Origin: a virus
Taxonomy: Duplodnaviria > Caudoviricetes
DNA length: 33,599 nucleotides
Reading direction: 5' to 3' (one strand)
Virus record (IMG/VR): IMGVR_UViG_3300048849_000153
Coordinates: 1-33,599 of that record
Under the pieces are notes generated by a model that saw only the letters and a program-made list of their open reading frames with translations, searched no databases and was not told the DNA's origin. How positions within the stretch are numbered: the stretch's first letter is position 1; every line of letters begins with the position of its first letter. The position numbers and the translations under genes were made by a program. Below, piece after piece: positions 16,283 through 25,121 of this stretch.

Positions 16283-17544
16283 GCTGCCTCCTCGGCTCCT
16301 GCGGCGGCACGCGCCACGGCGTCGTCCTTCGGGGGCAGCTTGAAGCGCTGCCTCAGGTACTCCTCGGTGGCGCGGTCGGTGCGGATCGCGCCGCAGTCCA
16401 CGAGCGCCTTGACGGCCTCGGCGGTGATCGGCTGCTCCTCGCCGATCGTGGCCGGCACCAGGCGCGGCGCCGGCTCGCTCGAGCCGAAGTTCACGTCGAC
16501 CAGGTCCTCGACGACGTGCGCCTGGCAGGTGTTCGCGATGTGCAGCGCCACGGCGTTGAGGGAGCCCACGAAGAACTCCGCGAACGTCGAGCCCAGCGCC
16601 CACGACCCCGTCTCAGACCCGAGGTTCAGGAAGTGCGCCAGGACAGCACGCGCGATCTGCTCGTCGTGGTACCGGATCGGCTTGTCGGTGTCCGCCCGGT
16701 TGCCGGTCACGCCCATGAGCGTGAACTCGGCCTCGGCGGGGATCGACGCTCCCGCGTCCTGCCCCGCCCTGGTGGCCTTCGCCAGGGTCAGGCCGTCCGA
16801 CTTCTGCGCCTCGACCCACTTCAGCGCCTCGGCCTCGGACAGACCCTCGGGCACCGGGGCGCCCTTGTAGACCGGGATGCCCAGGCTGTTGCGCTCCACG
16901 CCGACGGCCTGCGCGCGCAGCGTGCGGTCCTTGAGCAGCCAGTTCTTGTAGGCCGTGCGCAGCAGCGACGTGCCGACCCAGTTCGCGCCCTCGCGCTCGT
17001 TGACGTACACCACGAGGCGGTCGACCGGGATGCGCGGCATCCGACCGGTGGTGCCCCACTGCTCGACCGCGACCAGGCCGCCATCAGCGGCGACGTCCCA
17101 CTTCGCGATCGTCCGTGGCGGCCGCCACGCGAGCTTCCGCAGCCGGACCTTGCCGTCGTCGTCGACCCGGTACACCTGCTCGAACACCGAGTGCCCGAAC
17201 ACGAGCTCGAGCAGGGCAAGCCGCAGGTGCTCGTCGAAGTCGAACCGGTCGCGCGTGCGCGTCGGCGCCGAACGGTCGCGGCCCTTCACCGGCAGCCCGA
17301 ACGAGTCCGCCACCAGCTCCACGACCTCGTCGCGGGCGCCGGCCGGGTCGATCATCCACGTGGTGCGGCGGATCGGGAACGTCACGGCCCGCAGCACCGA
17401 CCCCACCTGGGCGTCCTCGCGGCGCATCTTGTCGAACACGTCGACCGACTTCGGCCAGACCAGCGCCGGGTTCGTCTCGCCGGAGTCGTCGGCCAGGGCA
17501 GTCCACCCCGGGAGGCTCTCGCGCTGGTATCCGATCTCGGCCAT
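16279..17544 (-). CDS. Portal protein (Mu gp29/DUF935-like)
   Basis: FDKMRREDAQV, LVFGHSVFEQVY, GTSLLRTAY, YHDEQIARAVLAHFL, GSWALG motifs. Confidence 0.92.
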   Translation of the reverse strand: MAEIGYQRESLPGWTALADDSGETNPALVWPKSVDVFDKMRREDAQVGSVLRAVTFPIRRTTWMIDPAGARDEVVELVADSFGLPVKGRDRSAPTRTRDRFDFDEHLRLALLELVFGHSVFEQVYRVDDDGKVRLRKLAWRPPRTIAKWDVAADGGLVAVEQWGTTGRMPRIPVDRLVVYVNEREGANWVGTSLLRTAYKNWLLKDRTLRAQAVGVERNSLGIPVYKGAPVPEGLSEAEALKWVEAQKSDGLTLAKATRAGQDAGASIPAEAEFTLMGVTGNRADTDKPIRYHDEQIARAVLAHFLNLGSETGSWALGSTFAEFFVGSLNAVALHIANTCQAHVVEDLVDVNFGSSEPAPRLVPATIGEEQPITAEAVKALVDCGAIRTDRATEEYLRQRFKLPPKDDAVARAAAGAEEAA

Positions 17545-17557
17545 GCGGACCCCCTCC

Positions 17558-19195
17558 CTAGAACGATGCTGTGAGGAGGCTCTCCTCGGATGGGCCGGTC
17601 GACTCGCCCTCGAGCACCGCGGCGCGCGGCGTCGGGGGGGCGGGCTTCTTCGGCTCGGGCTTGAGGTTCTCGAGGGCGTACAGCGCCCACGTCTCCGCGC
17701 ATACCCCGGCGATGTCCACGGGCTTGGACGCCTCACGCGACCAGAGACGGTTCTCGGCGTACTTCGTCGCCAGGCCGCCCTCGATCGCGAGGTCGACGTC
17801 GGGCTGCTCGGTCAGGACGAGCGTCCGGTCCCGGACCACGTGGTCGTGCATCTGGCCGGTCGCGATCGCGCACGTCGGCCGGTCCATCTGGTGCACCGTC
17901 AGCAGCGGCTTCCCGTCGTCGCCGGTGAGCGCCTCGAGCAGCGGGATCAGCTCGACCGACGGGCAGCCCTGCGCCTGCACCGCGACCTCGCGGTGACCCG
18001 ACTCCTCAGCCAGTTCCCGCAGGTACTCGACCGCCCACACGATCCCCGCGCGCTTCGTGCGCACGGTGACGAACGAGCGTCCGTCCGCGGTCGTCGTTGC
18101 CGCCGCGACCCACGTCGTCGAGCGATCCGCCGAGGTGTCCACCGACCAGACCGTGCGCGCGCCCTTCGGGATCCGCAGATCCGCCGGCGCCACCTGCCGG
18201 GCCTTCCAGTCCGTCGGCTCGATGTACGGCTCGACGTTCTGCGTCACCCACTGGCACAAGACCTCGATGCGCTCAACGCTCTTGTTCTTCGCCTCGGCCG
18301 CCGTCTGCATCAGCCCGTCGAGCGTCATGCCCGGCAGGTACCCCGCGGACGGGTTCGCCTGCGCGAACGCCTCACGGTCGTCCAGCGGCGCGTCCGGCTT
18401 GGCCGACCACTCCGCCACGAACCACTGCGCACCCGGCTTCTCGACCGACTCGTGCGCAATCTGCCGGACGTCCTTGAGGACCACCGACCGGTACGTGCCC
18501 GCGTTCGAGAACGCCAGCAGCAGCGAGTCGAACATCGCCGTCGCCGATTTCTCGATCGCCGACCAGCCCTCGTAGTCGAACTGCTGGCGCAGCTCGTCGA
18601 GGATCAGCCGCGCCGAGGAGTAGCCGCGCGCGCCATCGAATGTCCGGGGCCGGTACAGCGCTCCCTCGTGCGTGACGAGCTCAGTCTCGCCGTTGACCAT
18701 CCGCGGCATCCGCGTCGCCGCCTGCAGCACCGGTACCCGGTCGTAGGCGATCCCGATCTTCGGGTCATCCGGCCCGCCCCACTGACGGACCTGCGACCAC
18801 GGCTTCATCGCGACGTCGAGCTTCTGCGCCGCACCCACGATCACGAAGTCCCGCGGGTTGACCTGCAGAGGCCACCGCACCGAGTCCACGTACAGGAAGA
18901 ACGCCGCCAGGATCCCCGCGACCAGCGTCTTGCCGTTCTGCCGCGCCACGATCACGAGCGCCTTGCGGAAGCGCAGCGTCCCGTCCGCGTTCGTCTCGAG
19001 CAGGTGGATCAGTAGCCACCGCTCCCACGGGAACAGCACCACCTTGAGGACGTTCAGCGCGAACGCGATCGCCTCGAAGCCACGCGACGTCGCCGGGCTC
19101 AGCGCACAGCCACACCCACACGGCCCAGGCTCACCCTCAGCCAGTGGCCTCGTGAAGATCCGCGGCGTCGTGAACCCGTGCGTGATGACCGACAC
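17558..19195 (-). CDS. terL: Terminase large subunit
   Basis: Walker A VARQNGKT, Walker B LILDELR, FSNAG, ANPS, nuclease SVD...VDI. Confidence 0.96.
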   Translation of the reverse strand: MSVITHGFTTPRIFTRPLAEGEPGPCGCGCALSPATSRGFEAIAFALNVLKVVLFPWERWLLIHLLETNADGTLRFRKALVIVARQNGKTLVAGILAAFFLYVDSVRWPLQVNPRDFVIVGAAQKLDVAMKPWSQVRQWGGPDDPKIGIAYDRVPVLQAATRMPRMVNGETELVTHEGALYRPRTFDGARGYSSARLILDELRQQFDYEGWSAIEKSATAMFDSLLLAFSNAGTYRSVVLKDVRQIAHESVEKPGAQWFVAEWSAKPDAPLDDREAFAQANPSAGYLPGMTLDGLMQTAAEAKNKSVERIEVLCQWVTQNVEPYIEPTDWKARQVAPADLRIPKGARTVWSVDTSADRSTTWVAAATTTADGRSFVTVRTKRAGIVWAVEYLRELAEESGHREVAVQAQGCPSVELIPLLEALTGDDGKPLLTVHQMDRPTCAIATGQMHDHVVRDRTLVLTEQPDVDLAIEGGLATKYAENRLWSREASKPVDIAGVCAETWALYALENLKPEPKKPAPPTPRAAVLEGESTGPSEESLLTASF

Positions 19196-19202
19196 TCGTC
19201 GA

Positions 19203-19577
19203 TCACCCCACCTCCGGAACCACGCTCAGTCCCTTGCGCATGTCGGTCAGTGCCTGCTGCGACGCCGACGCCTGCGACGCTGGCCCCGGCTTTGCCTTCT
19301 CCGCCGCCGGCGGCACCAGCTGCAGCGCGTCGAGGTACTTCAGGTAGGTCGGCAGGGACGTGTTGTCGTTCTGCGGGACCGCCGGCCGAGCGCCAGGCCG
19401 CGGGTTGCCCGCGAGGTCATCCATCGCCCACTCGACGATGACGTCCCACGCGTCGATCCGAGCAGCGAGCGCACGCACCGCCGCGATCGCTCCCGCGTCA
19501 CGCTCCGTCAGGTGCTCGGCCGAGGCGATCGCGCGCTCGAGACCCTCCGAGAGCGACTCGCGCTCGAACTCAGCCAC
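19203..19577 (-). CDS. terS: Terminase small subunit
   Basis: Directly upstream of terL; DAGAIAAVRALAARID, YLKYLDALQLVP motifs; RBS AAGGAG. Confidence 0.85.
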   Translation of the reverse strand: MAEFERESLSEGLERAIASAEHLTERDAGAIAAVRALAARIDAWDVIVEWAMDDLAGNPRPGARPAVPQNDNTSLPTYLKYLDALQLVPPAAEKAKPGPASQASASQQALTDMRKGLSVVPEVG

Positions 19578-19586
19578 GGCCCTCAC

Positions 19587-19690
19587 TCCTTCCCGCGCGC
19601 GACCCCCGGATCGGCAACCCCGGGGAGAGAGGACGGCTCCCCCCAGCGGTCGGCCCCCCCGATGGTCCGGGCGATATTTTTCACAGGCTC
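19587..19690 (-). other. Putative cos/packaging-initiation region
   Basis: Non-coding gap between HNH genes and terS with GAAAAATATC...G-runs...CCTCTCTCCCCGGGG; position typical of 3'-overhang cos phages; cut site not determinable. Confidence 0.5.
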
Positions 19691-20025
19691 GGCGTCCGGA
19701 GCGGCTCGCGGTGCCGGAACCGGCGGAGGTTGTTCTCGCTGTAGGTCACGATCTCGAGGTGGTCGGGGTTGACGCATCTGCGCGTGAGACACAGGTGGTC
19801 GATCACCATGCCCTCGGGGATCGGTCCGCGCTTGTGCTCCCACATCGCGCGGTGAGCGGCGAAGTTCGTTCCTCGTCCGCCGATCTGGCCGTACCCACCC
19901 CACGTGAGCGTGCCGGTCCAGAGCCAGCAGCCCGTGTCGAGGTCGACCTCGTAGCGCGACACGAGACGCTCCTCGAAGGAGCGGCGGTCGGCCTTGATGC
20001 GGCGTGGGCGTGTACCTTGCTGCAC
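19681..20025 (-). CDS. HNH homing-type endonuclease
   Basis: GCWLWTG...GYG...AHR...GPIPEGMVIDHLC..RRCVNPDHLEIVT.SEN; RBS GAGGAG before GTG 20025. Confidence 0.93.
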   Translation of the reverse strand: MQQGTRPRRIKADRRSFEERLVSRYEVDLDTGCWLWTGTLTWGGYGQIGGRGTNFAAHRAMWEHKRGPIPEGMVIDHLCLTRRCVNPDHLEIVTYSENNLRRFRHREPLRTPSL

Positions 20026-20086
20026 ATCGACTCCTCGAAAGTCGGTCACGGCCCCGGACTGTTAGCGCAGTCGCGGGGCTTCTTGC
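20025..20086 (+). ncRNA. Predicted cis-antisense sRNA to the HNH gene start
   Basis: -10 TACCTT 20013-20018; hairpin GCCCCGGACTG...CAGTCGCGGGGC followed by TTCTTGCT. Confidence 0.45.
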
Positions 20087-20093
20087 TGGTCGG

Positions 20094-20432
20094 TCACCAC
20101 CAGGCGGCGATCTCGTCGCCGAGCCCGGGCGACGGGGCGCTGTTGCCGCGGCTCTGGTTACAGCTGGCGTGGCTATGCCTCCACCCGGTCACGTCGTGCT
20201 GCAGTTCCGGGTGGGTCGACACCGGGTGCAGGTGATCCAGGTTGTGGCTGTCGGGTGTCGTGTTCGGCGGCACGTCATACGCGATGCGCTGCTTGCAGAG
20301 CCAGCAGTTCGCGAGGTGTCGCGTGGCCGGATCGGCGTCGAGCCGCTTGCCCTCGTTGAAGAACGCTGTGCGCGCGGCCTTGTGCGCTCGGGTGTCGGAG
20401 CGAGCCGCGCTCGTCGTGCGTGTGCGGGCCAT
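20094..20432 (-). CDS. Terminase-associated HNH endonuclease (HK97 gp74-like)
   Basis: CWLC...LDHLHPVS.HPEL.......SHASCNQSRG; upstream of terS. Confidence 0.9.
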   Translation of the reverse strand: MARTRTTSAARSDTRAHKAARTAFFNEGKRLDADPATRHLANCWLCKQRIAYDVPPNTTPDSHNLDHLHPVSTHPELQHDVTGWRHSHASCNQSRGNSAPSPGLGDEIAAWW

Positions 20433-20608
20433 CGCTCACCTGCCTCGGCCCTGTCGTCGGCGCCCGGCCGGGTCAAGGGTTGGTCGGGATGGGACAGTCC
20501 AGATCCGCAATTCGGCCCCGCTGCCGCACGAGGCAGGGCTAGCGTCCTGAGAGTCGGCAGGCGAACGTGTGCCGACTCCGAGCGGACCAGGTAGCGAAGG
20601 AGCACGAG

Positions 20609-21124
20609 ATGATTCCGCACGAGCTCGCCGACAACGCACGATCGGTGGATGAGAGGCTCACGAAGTCGACGCAGTGGCAGTGGGCGGCTCGCGACGAGAG
20701 CGAGCTGCAGGACAGCGCCTGGTTCCTCGCGGCCCAGTCGTCGATCGCCGTCCTGCTCGGAGGAAGCGACGCCCGTCACGTGCAGACCAGCGGGGTGTCG
20801 GACTATGAGGAGACGTTCGACGTCGCCGCGGTCGTCGTGAGCGACGATCGGCTGATCGACGTCGTTGCCAAGAAGGCAGGGCGTGAGGAGCCTGTCGAGT
20901 GGCAGGTGACGGCGAGGTCGTTTGCTGGGCTGGTGTCCGTTGGGGTGAAGGCGACCGCGAACCCGTGGGATGACCGGCTGGACACGAAGTGGCCGGACGT
21001 GCGCGAGGTCCAGCTGACCTTCGCCGACGGTCGGGAAGTCGCCCTTGTGCCGGAGGGGACGAACTCCCAGGATCGCGAGCGTCTGTACGAGCTCGCCGAC
21101 GCGCTTCTCGGACGTCTCGACTGA
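20609..21124 (+). CDS. Hypothetical accessory protein
   Basis: RBS AAGGAG before ATG 20609; protein-like 171-aa sequence; candidate -10 TAGCGT 20540-20545 and 5' hairpin 20551-20578. Confidence 0.8.
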   Translation: MIPHELADNARSVDERLTKSTQWQWAARDESELQDSAWFLAAQSSIAVLLGGSDARHVQTSGVSDYEETFDVAAVVVSDDRLIDVVAKKAGREEPVEWQVTARSFAGLVSVGVKATANPWDDRLDTKWPDVREVQLTFADGREVALVPEGTNSQDRERLYELADALLGRLD

Positions 21125-21211
21125 CGTGGTTCCTCGTCGTGCAGGTCTCGTCCGGCGCGTCCTCGTGGGGTGTGGACCGGGGTGCGCTGCGACGACGAGG
21201 TGATGGTGGGG

Positions 21212-21496
21212 CTACGCCTGGAAGCGCGGGTCTCGTGCGGCGCGGTCGAGCTGGCGCTGCAGGCGGTGCGTCCGGTGCTGCTTGCTCGCGGCGTGCCGCT
21301 GCCAGCGGATCCACTGCCAGACGTAGAGGGGCTGGCCGAGGTGCACGTCCGAACCGAAGCGCGGCCGGCCGGGGCACACCGCGCAGCTGATCGACGTGTG
21401 CTGCGTGCACCAGCGGCTGGCGACGGCGGCCAGGTAGCAGACGAGCGCGAGAGCGGGCACTGTCGCGACGCCGAGGAGGTACGAGGCCCAGTTCAT
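21212..21496 (-). CDS. Small hypothetical protein with N-terminal TM and Cys/His residues
   Basis: RBS AGGAG; MNWASYLLGVATVPALALVCYLAAV then CAVC, H-rich. Confidence 0.65.
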   Translation of the reverse strand: MNWASYLLGVATVPALALVCYLAAVASRWCTQHTSISCAVCPGRPRFGSDVHLGQPLYVWQWIRWQRHAASKQHRTHRLQRQLDRAARDPRFQA

Positions 21497-21742
21497 CGCG
21501 GCCCCCGTCTCCTGGTCGCGGTTGGGCAACATCGGCGGCGGGCTGACCCGCACCAGCCTGCACGTCGGGGCCTGCGGCCTCGGGGGCGCCGTCGATGGTG
21601 GGTGCTGCTGGGACGCCTTCGGAATCGAGCGTCACTCCGCTTGGTGTCAACTACTGAGTTCGCCACGCGATGTGGGTGGTGGCTGAGACGATCCTCGAGA
21701 CATCCACGACGGTCGTGGCGTGATCAGGCGGAAGGATCAAGG

Positions 21743-21973
21743 ATGGCCGACGAGAAGCCTTTCGGCAGCGTGCGCGTCGTGCACAACTACTACTCCAACG
21801 GCGCGCCGGACCGCGTCACTGAGCTCTCGGACGTGACGGCCGCATCTGTCGTAGATGGACACCTGGTGATCAGCTCAAACGGCGGCCATGTGGCCGCGGC
21901 GTTCGCCCCCGGATCCTGGGTCGCGTTCCACCGTTTGAGGCACGTGGGCTCCGTGGGTCGCGAGCACGAGTGA
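21743..21973 (+). CDS. Small hypothetical accessory protein
   Basis: RBS AAGGA; MADEKPF...VVDGHLVI.....VAAAFAPGSW beta-strand pattern. Confidence 0.7.
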   Translation: MADEKPFGSVRVVHNYYSNGAPDRVTELSDVTAASVVDGHLVISSNGGHVAAAFAPGSWVAFHRLRHVGSVGREHE

Positions 21974-22148
21974 TTCGCCGGGCGTGAGCCTCTTCACAAC
22001 TGAGGCCCGGCGCTCGCGGCTTACGCCGTGTGCGTCGGGCCTTGGCTCTGGGCGTGCAAGATCCATCGAGCGGTGACAGGAAGGAAGTTAGCATGACGCG
22101 TCCTCATGGGCAAAGGGGTAGGCGCTCGGCGCGAATGCGTGGCGGACT

Positions 22149-22838
22149 GTGACCGAGTCTTGGGTGCGGGCCTTCTGGCAGCGAAACGCCGACGCGCTCG
22201 CGATTGAGGCGCTCTCCGCTGTCGTCTTGGGTGGTGTTGTCGCGGGCACGGTCCTCGCGTTCGAACAGCATCGAGAGGATGTGCGCGCGGACGCGCAGCA
22301 GCGGATTGAAGATTCGCGCTACGCGCAGGCGGAGGTGCAAGGGAACCTTCAGTTCGTTCGCGAGGCCATCATGGCCGAGAGTGCGTTGCTTCCCTTCGCG
22401 GGGCTCGATCTGTCGGGCGTCCCTCTCGTCGAAGTCGATCTGGCCGGCGCAAACTTCACGCGCGCTGATCTGTCGGAGTCGGACATCTCGTACAGCACCT
22501 TGATCGGAGCGAACCTTGAGTGGGCAGACCTCTCGGGCGCGAGTTTGCGTGTGGCTATGGTCACGGACGCCACTCTCACCGACGCCAACTTCTCGGGAGC
22601 GGACCTGGACGCGGCTCATGTCGGTGGGTTGTGGGTGAGCACGGCGAGCTTCCGCGACGCCCACCTCAGCGAGGCCGTGTTCTCGTCTACGACAGAGGTT
22701 TTCGACCCGGCGAACTTCCGGGGGGCGTACTACTACGCGAACTACGGTCCACCTGAAGGGCTGCCCGACACGGTGATGAAGGTGATCGAGGAGCGCAGCG
22801 AGGATCGTTGGCGCGAGGATTTCGATATGCCCGGGTGA
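22149..22838 (+). CDS. Membrane-anchored pentapeptide-repeat protein
   Basis: N-terminal hydrophobic helix; A(D/N)(L/F)xx repeats (ANFTR ADLSE...ANLEW ADLSG ASLRV...ANFSG ADLDA). Confidence 0.88.
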   Translation: MTESWVRAFWQRNADALAIEALSAVVLGGVVAGTVLAFEQHREDVRADAQQRIEDSRYAQAEVQGNLQFVREAIMAESALLPFAGLDLSGVPLVEVDLAGANFTRADLSESDISYSTLIGANLEWADLSGASLRVAMVTDATLTDANFSGADLDAAHVGGLWVSTASFRDAHLSEAVFSSTTEVFDPANFRGAYYYANYGPPEGLPDTVMKVIEERSEDRWREDFDMPG

Positions 22839-22852
22839 CTAGCGCTCCGTTT

Positions 22853-23803
22853 TCACGCGCTACCCGCGGTGTTCAGGCCTGCGCGCGTGGCGATGTCGCC
22901 GAGCCGGTACAGCGGGCCTCCGCGGACGTCCATTCCGCGCTCGGGGATCTCGCGCGGCTGGCCGGTCGTGACGCGCTCGCGGTCTCGCTTGAGCCATACG
23001 TTCAGCGTGTTGCGCTTGAGGTCGGGTAGGGCGAGTCGGGCCTGTTCCGCGGTGACGAGGGTGTCGGGGTCGGTGACGGCGGCGGCGAGGACCCGTAGGT
23101 GGTTGGTGTGGCGGATGCTGTCGGTGTCGGGCCAGGTGGATCCGCATCGGGTGCAGCGGCGGGTGTCGTCGAGTCCGTCGGTCAGCCACTCGCGGATGAC
23201 GTCACCGCCGCACTGGACGCAGGGGGCGGGCTCGTGGACGGGCTGCAGTCCGAGGAGTCGGCGGACGGTGGAGCGGACGCGGCGGGCCTCGGCGCGGTAG
23301 ACCTCCCAGCCGGAGGCGTCGGGGTTCTGGATGGCCCACTGGGTGTGGTCGACCAGGTACCGGAGGCGGTCGGTTGGGGTGTCGCCGCGGGTGTCGGACC
23401 AGGCGTCGGCCCAGTCACGGAGGATGTCGACGGCGGTGTCGGGGTGCTTGGCGGCTTCGATGCGGGCGTCCTCGACGTCCTCGACGATGGCGTCGAGGTT
23501 GAACGGCAGGCGGTCGCGGTTGCCGCCACCAGTGACGACGTCGCGGTCGTAGCGGGGAGAGCGCAAGCCCATGATCTCGGCGTGGTGGAACGGGACGGTC
23601 GCGATCGCGTCGATGACGTCCTGGACCCACGTCTTGGCGCGATCGATGCACCGGTCGCACGCGATCAGGTGCCCGTGGATGGGGCGGTCGCACTGTGTGC
23701 AGGCGCTCGCGGTATCGGCGCACGTGGCGCAGGAGTAGCCGCGGGGCTGGCCGTCGGCGGTGGTGTCGATCCACTCGTGCTGGTGGTCGGTGGTGCTGTT
23801 CAT
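22853..23803 (-). CDS. Zn-finger/HTH protein, putative late-gene regulator
   Basis: CATC, CTQC, CDRC, CVQC, CTRC pairs; C-terminal TLNVWLKR...PLYRLGDI winged-HTH-like; last gene of early operon. Confidence 0.7.
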   Translation of the reverse strand: MNSTTDHQHEWIDTTADGQPRGYSCATCADTASACTQCDRPIHGHLIACDRCIDRAKTWVQDVIDAIATVPFHHAEIMGLRSPRYDRDVVTGGGNRDRLPFNLDAIVEDVEDARIEAAKHPDTAVDILRDWADAWSDTRGDTPTDRLRYLVDHTQWAIQNPDASGWEVYRAEARRVRSTVRRLLGLQPVHEPAPCVQCGGDVIREWLTDGLDDTRRCTRCGSTWPDTDSIRHTNHLRVLAAAVTDPDTLVTAEQARLALPDLKRNTLNVWLKRDRERVTTGQPREIPERGMDVRGGPLYRLGDIATRAGLNTAGSA

Positions 23804-23843
23804 ACGGGATGCCTCTCGCTGGCCGGGACGAGGTTCGGGGTGG

Positions 23844-25121
23844 TCATGCGGCGGGGTAGGACGGGCTCCATCCGCGGGTCTTCATGTGCGAGTACCAGCC
23901 CTCGCGGATGACCTTGAAATCACCGCGAGCGCCGTGGCGGTTCTTCGCGACGAGGACGTCGAGGTCGGTCTCGTCGGTCGGGTTGCCTTCGTGCAGGAGC
24001 AGGACGACGTCGGCGTCCTGCTCGATGGCGCCGGACTCGCGGAGGTCGCCGAGGGACGGGCGCTTGTCGGCACGTTGCTCGGGTCCGCGGTTGAGCTGGG
24101 AGAGCGCGATGACGGGGATGTTCATCTCCTTGGCGAGGACCTTCAGGCCGCGCGAGTACGAGGCGATGAGCTCGTGCCGGGGCCGGCGGTCACCTGCCGG
24201 GGCTTCCATGAGCTGCAGGTAGTCGACGACCATCGCGGCGACGGGGCCCTTGCGGGACAAGGTTCGGGCGTGGGACTTCACGTCGGTGAGGGAGATCGCG
24301 GATCGGTCGTCGATGCTGATGCGCAGGGCCGTCAGGTCGGGCATCTTGCCGGCGATCTTGTCCCAGTCGACGGGGCTGAGGGATCGGCCGTCGATGCGTC
24401 CGACGTGGACCTGGGCGATGTTCGCGATGAGGCGGCCGTGGAGTTCCGTCTCGGGCATCTCGAGGGAGTTGATCCCGACGTACCCGTGCTGAGCGAGTCC
24501 GAGGGCGGCGTCGATCGCGATGATCGACTTCCCGACGCCTGGGCGGGCGGCGACGACGTAGAGCGCGCCGGGCCGCCATCCGCGGATGAGGTCGTTCAGC
24601 TCGTCCCAGGGGGTTGGGATTGCTGCTGACGGCTGGCTGAGGGCGTCGAGGGTCTCGGTGATGGTCTCGCCGACGAGGCGGACGTCGGCTGTCCCGCGGC
24701 GCACTGCGTCGAGCTCGCCGCGGAGGATCTCGACGACCTCGTCGACGTTCTCGAACTCGGTGAGGAGCTGGTTGCCGCGGATGAACATGGACCCGAGGCG
24801 CCGGCGGGTCGCGTAGTCCGCGACGAGCCTCGCGTACCGGTCCGCGGTGGCCGCGATGGGGGCCTCGCTGTAGATCTGGTGGATCCACAGCGCGTCGACC
24901 GGACGCAGGTCCATGTCGGAGTCGCGAGTGGTGTCGACGACGGCGCTCACGCTCGCGGCGTCGGTGGGCTCGCCGCGCTCGCGGAGGCGGGTGATGATCC
25001 GCCAGACCGCTGCGTTGGCCGGGGTGCCGAAGTCCGCGACGTCGACGTCGATGCCGTCCAGCGCCGACGGCTTCGCGAGGGCGATTCCGATGAGGGCGCG
25101 CTCGGGGTGCAGGTCGTTCAC
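23844..25121 (-). CDS. dnaB: Replicative DNA helicase, DnaB family
   Basis: AARPGVGKS, SLEM, VVDYLQLM, LSQLNR, DLRESGAIEQDAD, AKNRHG motifs. Confidence 0.97.
   Translation of the reverse strand: MNDLHPERALIGIALAKPSALDGIDVDVADFGTPANAAVWRIITRLRERGEPTDAASVSAVVDTTRDSDMDLRPVDALWIHQIYSEAPIAATADRYARLVADYATRRRLGSMFIRGNQLLTEFENVDEVVEILRGELDAVRRGTADVRLVGETITETLDALSQPSAAIPTPWDELNDLIRGWRPGALYVVAARPGVGKSIIAIDAALGLAQHGYVGINSLEMPETELHGRLIANIAQVHVGRIDGRSLSPVDWDKIAGKMPDLTALRISIDDRSAISLTDVKSHARTLSRKGPVAAMVVDYLQLMEAPAGDRRPRHELIASYSRGLKVLAKEMNIPVIALSQLNRGPEQRADKRPSLGDLRESGAIEQDADVVLLLHEGNPTDETDLDVLVAKNRHGARGDFKVIREGWYSHMKTRGWSPSYPAA

Noticed and set aside
15302-19015. Long + strand ORFs (522, 352, 686 aa)
   Set aside because: Shadows of protease, portal and terminase genes
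20658-21650. 330-aa minus ORF
   Set aside because: Arg/Pro-rich, overlaps two better-supported genes, no RBS
20433-21742. tRNA genes in the late leader
   Set aside because: No cloverleaf with T-loop GTTCRA and matching acceptor stem found by eye
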